DNA of 64,000 nucleotides from Leucoraja ocellata (Eukaryota), in the NCBI GenBank assembly GCA_036785375.1, contig JAWMAR010000076.1, positions 8,060,001-8,124,000 of the forward strand, read 5' to 3'. Positions 39,687-50,726 of this stretch are shown one piece after another; positions within the stretch are counted from its first letter, which is position 1, and each line of letters opens with the position of its first letter. Below the pieces are notes generated by a model, which saw only the letters and a list, made by a program, of their open reading frames with translations, was not told the origin of the DNA and made no database searches. Position numbers and translations under genes: made by a program.

Positions 39687-41200
39687 CCTTTATTGTCATC
39701 TTGCAAGCAACAGTTGTACAGTGCAAAATGAAAAGACGTTTCCCAGGGAATACCGGAGCATCGCACATGAAATTTAAAACATTTCATGCATAATAACACT
39801 AAAAACAATCCAGTCCCTGATGGAACAGTATAAATAGTTAAAAGCAGGTAAAACAACAACGTTAAAATACAGTAAAACCAATCATAAAAATGTCCGGGCA
39901 GCTGATTTGAGTGGCCAGTGCCAGTTATTAAAGTGTCCGTGCCAAGCCGCAGAATCAGGTGACTGTGAGTACAGAGTGACTGTTTAGCAGCCTCACAGCC
40001 TGTGGTAGGAAGCTGTTTAGCAGTCTTGTAGTCCGGGCTTTGATGCTGCGATATCTCTTGCCTGATGGCAAGAGATCCAGGTGTATGTGGAGGGGTGCAG
40101 TTTGTCCTTAGCAATTCTCTGAGCTTTTTTCAGACAGCGGCTCTGGAACAGTTCTTGTACCGAGGGTAGGGAGACGCCAATGATCCTCTCTGCTCCCCTC
40201 ACTACCCTCTGCAGAGCCTTCCTGTCCGAGCAGTTGCAGGTGGAGTACCACGTATTTATGCATTACGTGAGTACAGACTCCACCGTGCCCCTGTAGAAAG
40301 TCCTGAGGATGTTGGTGGGGAGAGAGGCCTGTTTGAGTTTCCTCAGGAAGTGTAGTCGCTGATGGGCCCGTTTGACGGTCCCAGTGGTGTTCCTGGACCA
40401 GGTGAGACTGCCTGTAATTTGCACACCGAGGAACTTTATGCTCTCCACTCTCTCCACTGCAGTGCCACTGATGTTGAGGGGTGTATGCTTTGGCTGCGCC
40501 CTCCTGAAGTCGACAACCATCTCCTTTGTTTTGTCGACATTTAATTCTAGATTATTTTTGCCGCACCAGTCCACTAGTTGTTTTACTTCCTCCCTGTACA
40601 TTGATTCGTCATCTCCACTGATGAGTCCCACCACTGTTGTGTCATCCGCGAATTTTATGATCTTATTTTCCCTGAATCTGGCAGCACAGTCATGTGTGAG
40701 CAATGTGAACAACAGCGGGCTGAGCACACAGCCTTGAGGGGAGCCGGTGCTCAGCGTGATTGAGCCTGGGGTGTTCTTGCCAACACGGACTGACTGCGGA
40801 CTCTCTGTCAGAAAGTCCAAGATCCAGTGACACAGGGTAGTGTTGAGGCCCAGCAGGGTTAGTTTCTCCACAAGTCTCTGTGGGATGATGGTGTTAAACG
40901 CTGAGCTGAAGTCAATGTACAGGATTCTGGCGTATGTGTTTTTGTTTTCCAGATGCGTGAGTACTGTGTGCAGCGTGGTAGAGATGGCATCCTCTGTAGA
41001 ATGGTTGGGTTGATAGGCAAACTGGAGGGGTCTAACGATGAGGGGAGGCTGGCAGTAATGTGGGGTTTCACCAGGCGTTCAAAACACTTCATTATTATTG
41101 GGGTCAGGGCGACAGGGCGGTAGTCATTTAGGCAGGCAACCACTGGTTTCTTCGCTATGGGGAAGGACCATATTGCATGGAATGACTTCTTCCAAAGGAA
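39645..41200 (-). mobile_element. Rex1/Babar LINE, 5'-truncated, with (TTGA)n tail
   Basis: ORFs 40859-41203 (NDYRPVALT) and 40263-40871 ([23 protein letters not shown]); (AATC)n at 39645-39686. Confidence 0.92.
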
Positions 41201-41417
41201 CACCGTGCACAGCCTAACAAAACACTACATCTATTTGTTTGTGCACGTCGGGTTGATTGCATTAGTCGAAACAGGGTGGACCACGTGAAGTTTGCAATCT
41301 CCCACCCCAGAGAATGACTAAAACAATTCTACATATTTAGTGTTCAATTCTGTGCACTCTTTAAGCATGGTTGTGCTGAGTGTTTTTTTTTTAAGAAGAC
41401 GTATTTTCCCATTAAAG

Positions 41418-41762
41418 ATGCAAATCCTCCGATCCTGATCCAATTCCCGAGGCTGGAGCGTGTCACTGAGGGTCACACGGCACGGTTACATTGCTCCATG
41501 GAGAACGCTGAAGTGGGAAACACTTACGTCCACTGGTACCGAGAACTACCCGGGCAGGACATGGAGTGGGTTTTAACACACGAGGCAGGAGGCAGCGTAC
41601 GAAGGAGACCAGGCTTCACTGAGCGGTTCCAGCCGTTCAAAGACGCCTCCAGCAGCAGCTTCATCCTGAATGTCACAAACGTGATGCTCAATGACTCTGC
41701 CGTCTATTACTGCACAGTGTGGGGAGATATCAGAGGGAATGGAACCCAGCTGAATGTCACTA
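41418..41762 (+). CDS. Exon 5, V-set Ig domain V4 (near copy of V2)
   Basis: attaaag| acceptor, A|GTAAGT donor, 345 nt, phase 1-1; 18 nt differences from V2 by manual comparison. Confidence 0.93.
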
Positions 41763-42109
41763 GTAAGTTCAGTTTACACAATACTAAACAATCTCCGTTA
41801 GTGTAGATATGGAACATGCAAGGGGTGGGATAGCAGTTTTGCGCATTCATTTTTATTTCAGTTTACAATATTTACAATGTTAAAAACATTAAAAAGTATT
41901 GAATTTTGTAGTTTTCATAGTCATACAGCGTGAAACAGGCCCTTCGGCCCAACTTGCCCATACCGATTCATTTTTATGTATTTATTTATGCTTTCTAACG
42001 AATTAGGCAGACAAATACACATCTGTTGGCTATTTGTGGAGCATCACGTTTCTGCCCTGGCTCCTAACTCCAAGCTTACAGTCACACTTTATCTTATTAA
42101 ATGGGCCAC

Positions 42110-42955
42110 TAGGGGCGCCGCATTGATGGCAGCCTCTGCCACATTTTGTCTGTTATTCTCTCTTTTTTTAATTTTTAGTCAGTTTGAAAGTTTGTTTTGG
42201 AGATTTCTTTAGCTTTTCAATGTGGGAGAGGGGGGTAGGGTAAGGGAGAAACCGTTTCCCAGTCACTTCCTGACGAGGACGCGACTATTCTCCGATTCAC
42301 ATCCTCGCCCCCATCCTCGCTGCCTACCACCTGGATTGGAGCGGCCTTTCCTGCCGGGGACCCGGATCAGAGCTTGAGCAGCGGCAGCGCAGCGCTGGAT
42401 ACATCGGGGAGCGGGCGATTGCTTAACTGGATCGCCGTTGAAGCTGCGGAGTGTTGGGCCAGCTGCTTCAACATCGGAGCTGTGGTTTGCAGAGCTTCCA
42501 GCGCGGCCAGCACTGACATCAACATCGCGGAGTCCTGGGGCTCTTTGCCGAGGGCCGCCAGCGTTGTATCTCCGCCCAGCGCTGCCTGTGGACTTTGGGT
42601 GCTGCGGACTCCGGTCGGAGGTGGCCAATTCAGATGTCCAAGCCACTGAGGATGTCCTCCAGTCCTGACATCGAACTTCCAACACCCCGGCGAGTGGCCC
42701 TGAACAGGGGGCCGCCCGTAGCGGTGACTGCAGGGGGTTCATGAGCCCCCCGACCACAGGAGGTCAACAGAGGAGGATGACTGAATTTTGGAGCCTTCCC
42801 TCACAGTGGGAAACTTTGGTCCCGCTGTGTGGGGATGTCTGTGTTAAGACTATCGTATTATGTACTCATTATTATTCGTATGGCTGTATGGTGACCATAT
42901 ATTTCACTGTACCAATTGGTACATGCGACAAGTAAATGTATCTTGTATCTTGTAT
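42110..42955 (+). mobile_element. ~840-bp GC-rich non-autonomous retroposon, copy B
   Basis: Starts ggggcgccgcattgatggcagcc; ends (TCTTGTA)n. Confidence 0.7.
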
Positions 42956-43619
42956 TGTGTTAGCCTGAATCTGACCCCACCATCTTGTGCTCACCAAACA
43001 GGGCCCCATCTTTCAACATTATAACCTTCCAGGGACAACAATTATTTAAATAATTTCCTATTGGACTCGCTCATCCCCCACCCTTTTTTCTGTTACACCA
43101 CTACGCCTTCTAGTAACTGTTAACGTTCCTTCATTGGTCGCGGCATTGAGTGTAAAAGTCAGAATGTCATGCTACATCTTTATAAAACATTGGCTTGGCT
43201 GTATTTGAAGTTCAGTGTGAGTTCTAGTTGTCCCATTCTAGGTTGGATGAGCGGGGTTTGGGGTTGCCAGGGATAATGATGGAGGCAAATATAATAGTGG
43301 TGTTTAAGAGACTTTAGATGCTTTTAGTTTGGCACCCCAAAAAAATGTAGTATATTGAGGGATATTTTTCACATGTAGGTAGAGAAGGTTAGTTTAATTT
43401 TGTAAAGGGCCGGTTCTATACTTCCTGACTATACTGTTTTATGACTATACTGTTATACTGTTTAACTAAGCACTTTCTGCTCCCTTTCTCCCTCACATCC
43501 CCCTTTCTTCCTCCGCCCCCCCCTCCCCTCCTCTGTGTCCCACCTGGACTCGCACATATTTCTCCACTCCCCCCCTCCACCTACATTCCTCTGGCTTCAT
43601 AACTTCAATAATTTTGTAA

Positions 43620-45790
43620 CACATGGGCATGGATATGAGTGACTGGGACGTTGTAGCCATGACTGAAACCTGGTTAAGGGAGGGGCAGGACTGGCAGCTC
43701 AATGTTCTGGGGTACAGGAGCTTCAGGAGAGACAGGGCTGAGGGAAAAAGAGGACGGAGGTTGCATTGTTGGTTGAGGAAGATTTTATGACTGTGTTCGG
43801 AGGTGACATTACGGACGGTTCGCCTAGTGAGGCTATATGGGTGGAGCTGAGGAACAAGAAAGGGATGATAACCTTGTTGGGGGTGTACTACAGACCCCCG
43901 AATAGTCAATGGGAATTAGAAGAACAAATGTGCCAGGAGATTGCAGACAGCTGCAGGTCAAATAAGGTTGTTGTAGTAGGGGATTTTAACTTTCCCGATA
44001 TAGACTGGGAAAATCATAGTGTGAAGGGTTTAGACGGGGTGCAATTTATCAAAAGTGTTCAGCAGAGTTTTCTTAAGCAGTATGTGGAGGCCCCCAGACA
44101 TGAGAGGGAAACGCTGGATCTAGTATTGGGAAAATGGGAAGGGCAAGTTAAGGAAGTATGTGTGAAGGAACCTTTTGGACCAGAGTTTGCTTATGTTTAA
44201 GATAGTTATGGATTCGAACGGAGAGGGTCCACGTGTTAAAATGCTCAACTGGGGTAAGGCCAACTTTGAGGGTATGAGAGAAGGTCTCGCTAAAATTGAT
44301 GGGAGTATGTTATTTGAGGGGAAAGGAACATCGGCCAAGTGGAGTGAAGGGCAAAGCAGGCAATCGTAAGGAAGCTTAGCTGATGAGGGAAATTGAGACG
44401 TTAGTTAAAAACAAGATTGAAGCTATGGGCTTTAAACATAGCGCTATGGCCACAGCGCTGTGGGTCACAGACTGTTCAGGAAACTTCTCGTATAACAATG
44501 AGTCTTTGGAATTCTCTTTGAGCCTTTGATTATTTTTCAGGTAGTGGTAGAATTCTGGATAAGCCTAGTGGTGAAAGGTTACCAGTGGTATTGCAGTTAC
44601 ATTGGGGATTGGCCTTGATTTTACAGAACGGTGGGTGGGCTCAAGGGGGAGAGAGGGAGGGTGGAGAGAGGGGTGAAGAGAGGTAGAGGATGCAGAGGGG
44701 AGGGGGAGAGGGAGGTGGGAGGGAGGGAATGAGAGGGGAAGGAGAAAAAAGGGAGAGAGGGGGATGGGAGGGGAGGGGGAAGGAGGGAGGGAGGGAGGGA
44801 GAGAGGAAGGAGAGAGAGAGAGGGAGCGAGGGAGGGAGACTTCCAAAATGGATTCTACATCATCATCTGGTGCTAAAAGCAGGAAGCAGCCATTCAAACA
44901 GCAGTATACAAAGAGATTGCAATGAATGCACCGTTAAGTAAGGTGTGTAGAAGACATGTCAATTGGTAGCAAAGTTATGCATTCTTGTACTCTTACATGG
45001 GTATAGCCGCACATATAAAATAGCATTTCTTTCAGCAAAGCATAAAAATACTGATTGCAAAATACTGATTTTCAGGTACTAGAATACTGAAATGCTATGA
45101 CAGAACTTGGCAGCTCTGCATTAAGGACAATCCCAAAAGACTTTATGGGGGGGACATAAGGGGGAAACGGGTAACTAGAGAGAGAGTGGGACCTCTCAAG
45201 AATCAAAGCGGTCACCTCTGTGCAGCCACAGGAGATGGGCAAGGTCCTAAATGAGTATTTCTCCTCTGTATTTACTGAGGAGAAAGACAGTAGGATGGAG
45301 GAAATTGGAGCAGTCACTGAAAATGTCTTGAGAGCAGTCGGTGTTACCGTCGAAGAAGTACTGAAGGTACTGTCGTGTTTGAAGGTAGACAAATCTCCAG
45401 GCCCTGATCAGATATATCCGCTTTTGCAGTGGCAGCACCTAGACTATGGAACAGCATCCCTCTCCCGATCAGAACTATCCCCTCCATCAACTCTTTTAAG
45501 TCTAGACTTAAAACATATTTCTATTCGTAAGCGTTTCTTGAGGTCCTCTGAGGGAGTGTGGTATGTATATATTTATGTACGTATTGTTAGATCTATGTAC
45601 CACTGTTTGTAGCATGTTAGTACCTGCACTGATGTAAAGCACTTTTGTCAACAGTCGGTTTAAATGTGCAATAGAAATAAATTTGACTTGAAAACATTGC
45701 GGGAAACTGGAGAGAAAATTGCGGGAGCACTGGCTGAAATTTACGAGTGCAGGAGAGGTGCCGGAAGGTGGCAAATGTTGTGCCTCTCCA
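43620..45790 (+). mobile_element. Fragmented CR1 ORF2 pieces with intervening purine-rich tract (44640-44840) and L2 tail
   Basis: ORFs 43766-44200 (YYRPP, GDFNFP) and 45220-45612 (DKSPGPD). Confidence 0.75.
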
Positions 45791-46183
45791 CTAATATAAA
45801 TAAACGCAGCCTGTTCCCGTGCTACACTGCTACTATTTCTATGTTTTATTACAGACATTCACTTTGTTCCACCCCCTGCCCTCCCCCAGGTTCCTGGCTA
45901 CTTAGACCAACCTGGTCTCGCAGACCAACTGGCTTTCTCAGTTCTGATGAAGGATTTTCAACTTGCAGCGTAGATTGTATCTCTCCCCACAGATGCAACC
46001 TGATCTACTGAGTGTGTTCACCATTTTCTAGTTTTTAATCCCAATCTGGGTTGCTTTGGAGAATACTATGATGGGGAATCTTCAGCGCTGCTTCCCTTGC
46101 AGGTTCAGAGCTGGAGTGTTTACTTAAAATGAGAGAAATAAACACAGGTTGCATCTAAACTATAAACCTTTGATATTTTTCAG

Positions 46184-46331
46184 ATCAAACATATGAAAAG
46201 TTGTCTTTGAAAATCTTGGGCGGTATTGTAGCCTGTGTCCTGGTATTCGTCCTCTTATTCATCATCTTAGCAATAGCAGTGTGCTATATGAAGAAATGGG
46301 TGTGCTTTCAACACATGTTTAAACCCGAAGG
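46184..46331 (+). CDS. Exon 6, transmembrane segment (ILGGIVACVLVFVLLFIILAIAVCY) + basic stop-transfer KK
   Basis: tttttcag| acceptor in phase 1; 25 hydrophobic/uncharged residues; end placed at GG|GCAAGT (GC donor, phase 2) because that keeps exon 7 open. Confidence 0.85.
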
Positions 46332-46770
46332 GCAAGTAAAATGTATTTTCACATCTTGCTTTAATATGATATTGAATTAAGCATGGTGGGCACAGGCGTT
46401 GAATCCAGCAAAGACCGGAGGAAAGAGTCGTGGAACATGGAAGTTTTGTGGGATGGAACAGTTCAGGCACGGGTGCAAAGGTGGGGTTGCTGCCTTAGAC
46501 TTTTTTTTTGTCTGTGGCCGTAAAGCTAAAATGCTATAACACCACATTTGTTTCTCTTGTATTTTTATCTTTGCACCACCTGTTGTACTTGTATCTGCTT
46601 TGATTGTATAGTATGATTTGACTGGATAGCATGCAAATAAAACTTTTCACTGTACCTCATTACACATAAGAACAATAAACCAATACCAATGCAGTCCCAT
46701 TGTTGTTCTTCAGAGACATTCAACAAATATAAATAGTTCACTGACAGTGTGTTCTATATCATTTCACTAG

Positions 46771-46814
46771 GAACTCTACTGAAGACCTGAACCCAGTTTA
46801 TTCAACAGTTGCAG
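46771..46814 (+). CDS. Exon 7, cytoplasmic (G)NSTEDLNPVYSTVA with YxxV motif
   Basis: tttcactag| acceptor, CAG|GTAAAA donor, 44 nt, phase 2-1. Confidence 0.75.
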
Positions 46815-47759
46815 GTAAAAAATAAATTTCAGTACTCGTATTGGGGATTTCTTCAAATGTTGTCTATGTTCAGTAATGATTCCAAATGTAAGAACATAAG
46901 AAACAGTCAAGGAAGTAGCCCAGTGTTGCACCATTCTCAACAAAACTATTCAACCTCTTTGGCTTTCCAATTCCTTTAAACATACTCAACAAATTAGCTT
47001 CACAGTTCTCTGTCAGAGAAATAAAAAGATTCAAAGCAATCTTCAAAGAAAATTCTGCACAACAGTCATCTTGCACTAACACCATATCTGAGTGAATCTG
47101 TGGAATCCGTTGCCATGGATGACAGTGGAGGCCATGCCATTGGGTGTTTTTAAAGCAGAGATTGATAGGTTGTTGGTTAGTGAGGGTGCCAAATGTTACA
47201 GGGAAAGGATGGGATAATGGGGTTGAGGGAAATATCGATCAGCCATGATTGAATGGTGGAACAAACTTGATGGGCCAAAATGGCCTAAATCTGCTCCTAT
47301 ATCTTAGATCAATAGGAACAGTTGGAATACATACCTCCTCTCTTTTAGATCTTGTATCTGAACAATCTTGTTCAAGCACTCAAGGTCTCCATCAAGGCAA
47401 CTAAAATAGAGTTTTGGTTGATGTTTTGGGTTGTGATTATAGAGAGCAGATAGCCAACAGAAAGAGTTGAAGGGGAAGTGTGAGGCGGGGCAGGCAGTAA
47501 TAGATAGAAACAGATGAAGAGAGGAAAGAGGGGCAGATGAGCCAAGTGGGGGAGCAGTTGGTGGGAATAGAGGCTGAAAGCTAATGTGGAAACAAGAGAT
47601 GCTGGAATCCTACAGAAGGTGACATGCGGAAACAATGGTTCAATAGTGCTTTTATTGTCACATTTGTGAAGTGCTAACACAATGAAATTATTTTTCATAC
47701 ATACAGTCCAGTAGAATATTGCTATACCCCGATCCCTAATTATAGCAAGTGTACAGAAA

Positions 47760-48205
47760 TATTGCTCGGTCCGCAATAACCTGACCTCTCGGTGGCTCAG
47801 CACTTCAACTCCGCCTCCCATTCAGTATCCGACCTCTCTGTCCTGGGTCTCCTCTATGGCCAGAGCTAGCAACATCGGAAATTGGAGGAACAGCAACTCG
47901 TATTCCGCTTGGGGAGTCTGCATCCTGGGAGCATGAACATTGAATTCACCCAATTTTGTTAGCCCTTGCTGTCTCCTCCCCTTCCTCAGCCCTCAGGCTG
48001 TCTCCTCCCATCCCTCAGTCCTTGGGCTCCTCCTCCTCCTTTTTCCTTTCTTCTCCCCGCCCAACCCCCATCAGTCTGAAGAAGGGTTTTGGCCCGAAAC
48101 GTTGCCTATTTCCTTCGCTCCATAGATGCTGCTGCACCCGCTGAGTTTCTCCAGCATTTTTGTGTACCTTCGATTTTCCAGCATCTGCAGTTCCTTCTTG
48201 AATAC
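47760..48205 (+). mobile_element. Penelope-like element 3' end (GIY-YIG C-terminal region + terminal repeat with hammerhead core at 48076-48103)
   Basis: SVAQHFN..LEEQQLVFRLGSLHPGSMNIEF; CTGAAGA..GAAACGTT. Confidence 0.75.
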
Positions 48206-48883
48206 AGAAATAGTCCACTGGGCCCGCATTCAAGAGGCGCCATCTAGTAGTGCTATTTTAAAAGTCCTCGCTCTAGTTCTTATGAGAAGTGCCTGTTCCA
48301 GTCAAATCCCAGGCTGTTGCAGATCTCCAGCCATTTCCTTCCTTCAACACCACGCTACCTTATCAGATTCCAGCATCTGCAGTCGCTTGTGTCCCTAAAA
48401 TAGAGAGCAGCCTGCCACCAAGTACTGCTGCCTCTGCCCTCCTCCACTAAATGGACACACCATCAGTCTTAAACAAATTATTGGATATATATCAATTCCT
48501 GCAGCCAATCAAAAGATGCCTGCTGTAAGTGACAAATGAATGGCAGAATTTTAGAAAGACCAACATTAACACAGACTCTCAAATTTTAATCCATTTGCTA
48601 GTGGCTGAATTTAAACCTATGATAGTGAACTAAAGGGCATATGTCCATGAATTAATTAAATTATAATCCTTTACATTCAATTGAGAAGTTTCCGGATTCA
48701 CTAACTAAAAGGCAACTTCTACAATACTGCACTGAAGCATAGGCCTACACAGTTTGGCTTAACTCCCTAAAGAGGGCCTGATCCACAGCCTGCGGACTCC
48801 AGAAGTAAGCCAGACGTCTAGCCTTTAAGACATATGTGAGTCTTGTCGTGCCCCTGTCAAGAGTGAGAAACTCTTCATACATA

Positions 48884-49270
48884 TGACAGCACGATGGCGC
48901 TGTTGTGTTGTTGTCTTACAGCACCAGCGACCTGGGTTCAATCCTGACTACGGGTGCTGTCTGTACGGAGATTGTGCATTTTCCCTGTGACCGTGTGGGT
49001 TTTCCCCAAATGCTCTGGTTTCCTCCCACACGTCAAAGACGTACAGGTTTGACCTTAGTGTGTAGGATAGTGTTAGTGTACAGGGATTGCTGGCCGGCAT
49101 ATACTTACATAGAAACATAGAAAATAGATGCAGGTGTAGGCCATCTGGCCCTTCGAGCCTATACCGCCATTCAATATGATCATGGCTGATCATCCAACTC
49201 AGTATCCTGTACCTGCCTTCTCTCTTGGTGGCTGAAGGGCCTGTTTCCACGCCGTATGTCTAAACTAAAC
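48884..49270 (+). mobile_element. tRNA-derived SINE with nested CR1 tail
   Basis: B-box-like GGTTCAATCC; homologous to 61915-62210. Confidence 0.7.
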
Positions 49271-49406
49271 ATATGTGTTCTGCAGAATGTTGCAGCTATC
49301 TGAATGCACTGGATAATGGATGACAATAAGTTTGTATACCGCACTATGATTTCATTTTGATTCTCACCCGTATGTGACAACTCAACAGTTTCTTATTTTA
49401 TTTCAG

Positions 49407-49450
49407 TTGAAACCAAGACCAATACAGAACCGGCCCCCAATGTCACTATG
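49407..49450 (+). CDS. Exon 8, cytoplasmic (V)ETKTNTEPAPNVTM
   Basis: ttttatttcag| acceptor, ATG|GTAAGT donor, 44 nt, phase 1-0; phases fit both neighbours. Confidence 0.8.
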
Positions 49451-49689
49451 GTAAGTACCAGACATAAATACAAACTACTGGAGCAACTCGGTGGGTCAGG
49501 CAGCATCTGCGGAAAGAAATGGACAGGCGACATTTTGGCCCATGCTTTAATTGAATGCCATCACTTCCTTTTTAGACCTATACAAGCCATCTCAGGTTTA
49601 CAAATGTCCACCTTATACTCTTACATATGAACAAGCTTCCATAAATATCATTATATTCAAAGTCTTATGTACATACATCACATCAATTC

Positions 49690-50690
49690 CTGTGACTAGT
49701 GATGTGTCACAGGATTCTGTGCTGGGCCCGTTACTGCTTGTCATGTACAGCAATGATTTGGATGAGAACATACAGGGCACGATTAGCAAGTTTGCTGATG
49801 ATACAAAAGTTAGTGGTTTTGATGGTTGTGAACGATTGCAGCAGGATCTGGATCGATTGGCCGGGTGAGCGGAGGAATGGTTGATGGAATTTAATACAGA
49901 GAAGTGTGAGGTGTTGCATTTTGGGACGTCGAATTAGGACAGGACCTACACAGTAAATCGTAGGCCTCTGGGTAGTGTTGTAGAGCAAAGGGAACTAGGA
50001 GTACAGGTGCATGGTTCCTTGAAGGTCGAGTTGCAGGTAGATAAGGTGGTCAAAAAGGCTTTTGTCACTTTGGCCTTCATCAGACAGAGTATTGATCATA
50101 GAACTTGGGAGGTCATGTTGCAGTCAAGACATTGGTGAGACCGCATTTAGATAATTGTGTTCAGTTCTAGACACCATGTTATTGGAAAGATATTGTCAAA
50201 CTTGAAAGTGTTCAGAAAAGATCAACAAGGATGTTGCCAGGACTAGAGGGTGTGAGCTATAGGGAGATGTTGAGTAGGCTGGGTCTCTATTCCATGGAGT
50301 GGAGGATGGTGAGGGGAGATCTTGTAGAGGTATATAAAATCATGAGAGGGATAGATCAGGTAAATGCACAGTCTTTTACCCAGAGTAGGGGAATCGTGGA
50401 CCAGAGGACATAGGTTCAGGGTGATGGGAACCGATTATATAGGAATCCAAGGGGTAACTTTTTCACACAGAGGGTGGTGGGTGTATGGAACAAGCTGCCA
50501 GAGGAGGTAGTTGAGGCTGGGACTATCCCATTGTTTAAGAAACAGTTGGACAGGTACATGGATAGGACAGGTTTGGATGGTTATGGACCAAGGGCAGGCA
50601 AGTGGGACTAGTGTAGATGGGACATTGTTGGCTGGTGTGGGTGAGTTGGGCTAAAGGGCCTTTTCCACACTATTATTGTATGACTATAAC
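49690..50690 (+). mobile_element. Older CR1 3' fragment
   Basis: SVLGPLL..KFADDTK; degenerate. Confidence 0.85.
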
Positions 50691-50726
50691 TAGTTTATTT
50701 TCCCCTTTTGGTAAATGTTCTTTCTT

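Noticed and set aside
27667-41762. Rearranging Ig light-chain/TCR V-segment cluster
   Set aside because: No heptamer-spacer-nonamer RSS, no per-V leader exons, no C1 exon; the J-like strand is in the same exon and all V exons splice in phase to a TM exon.
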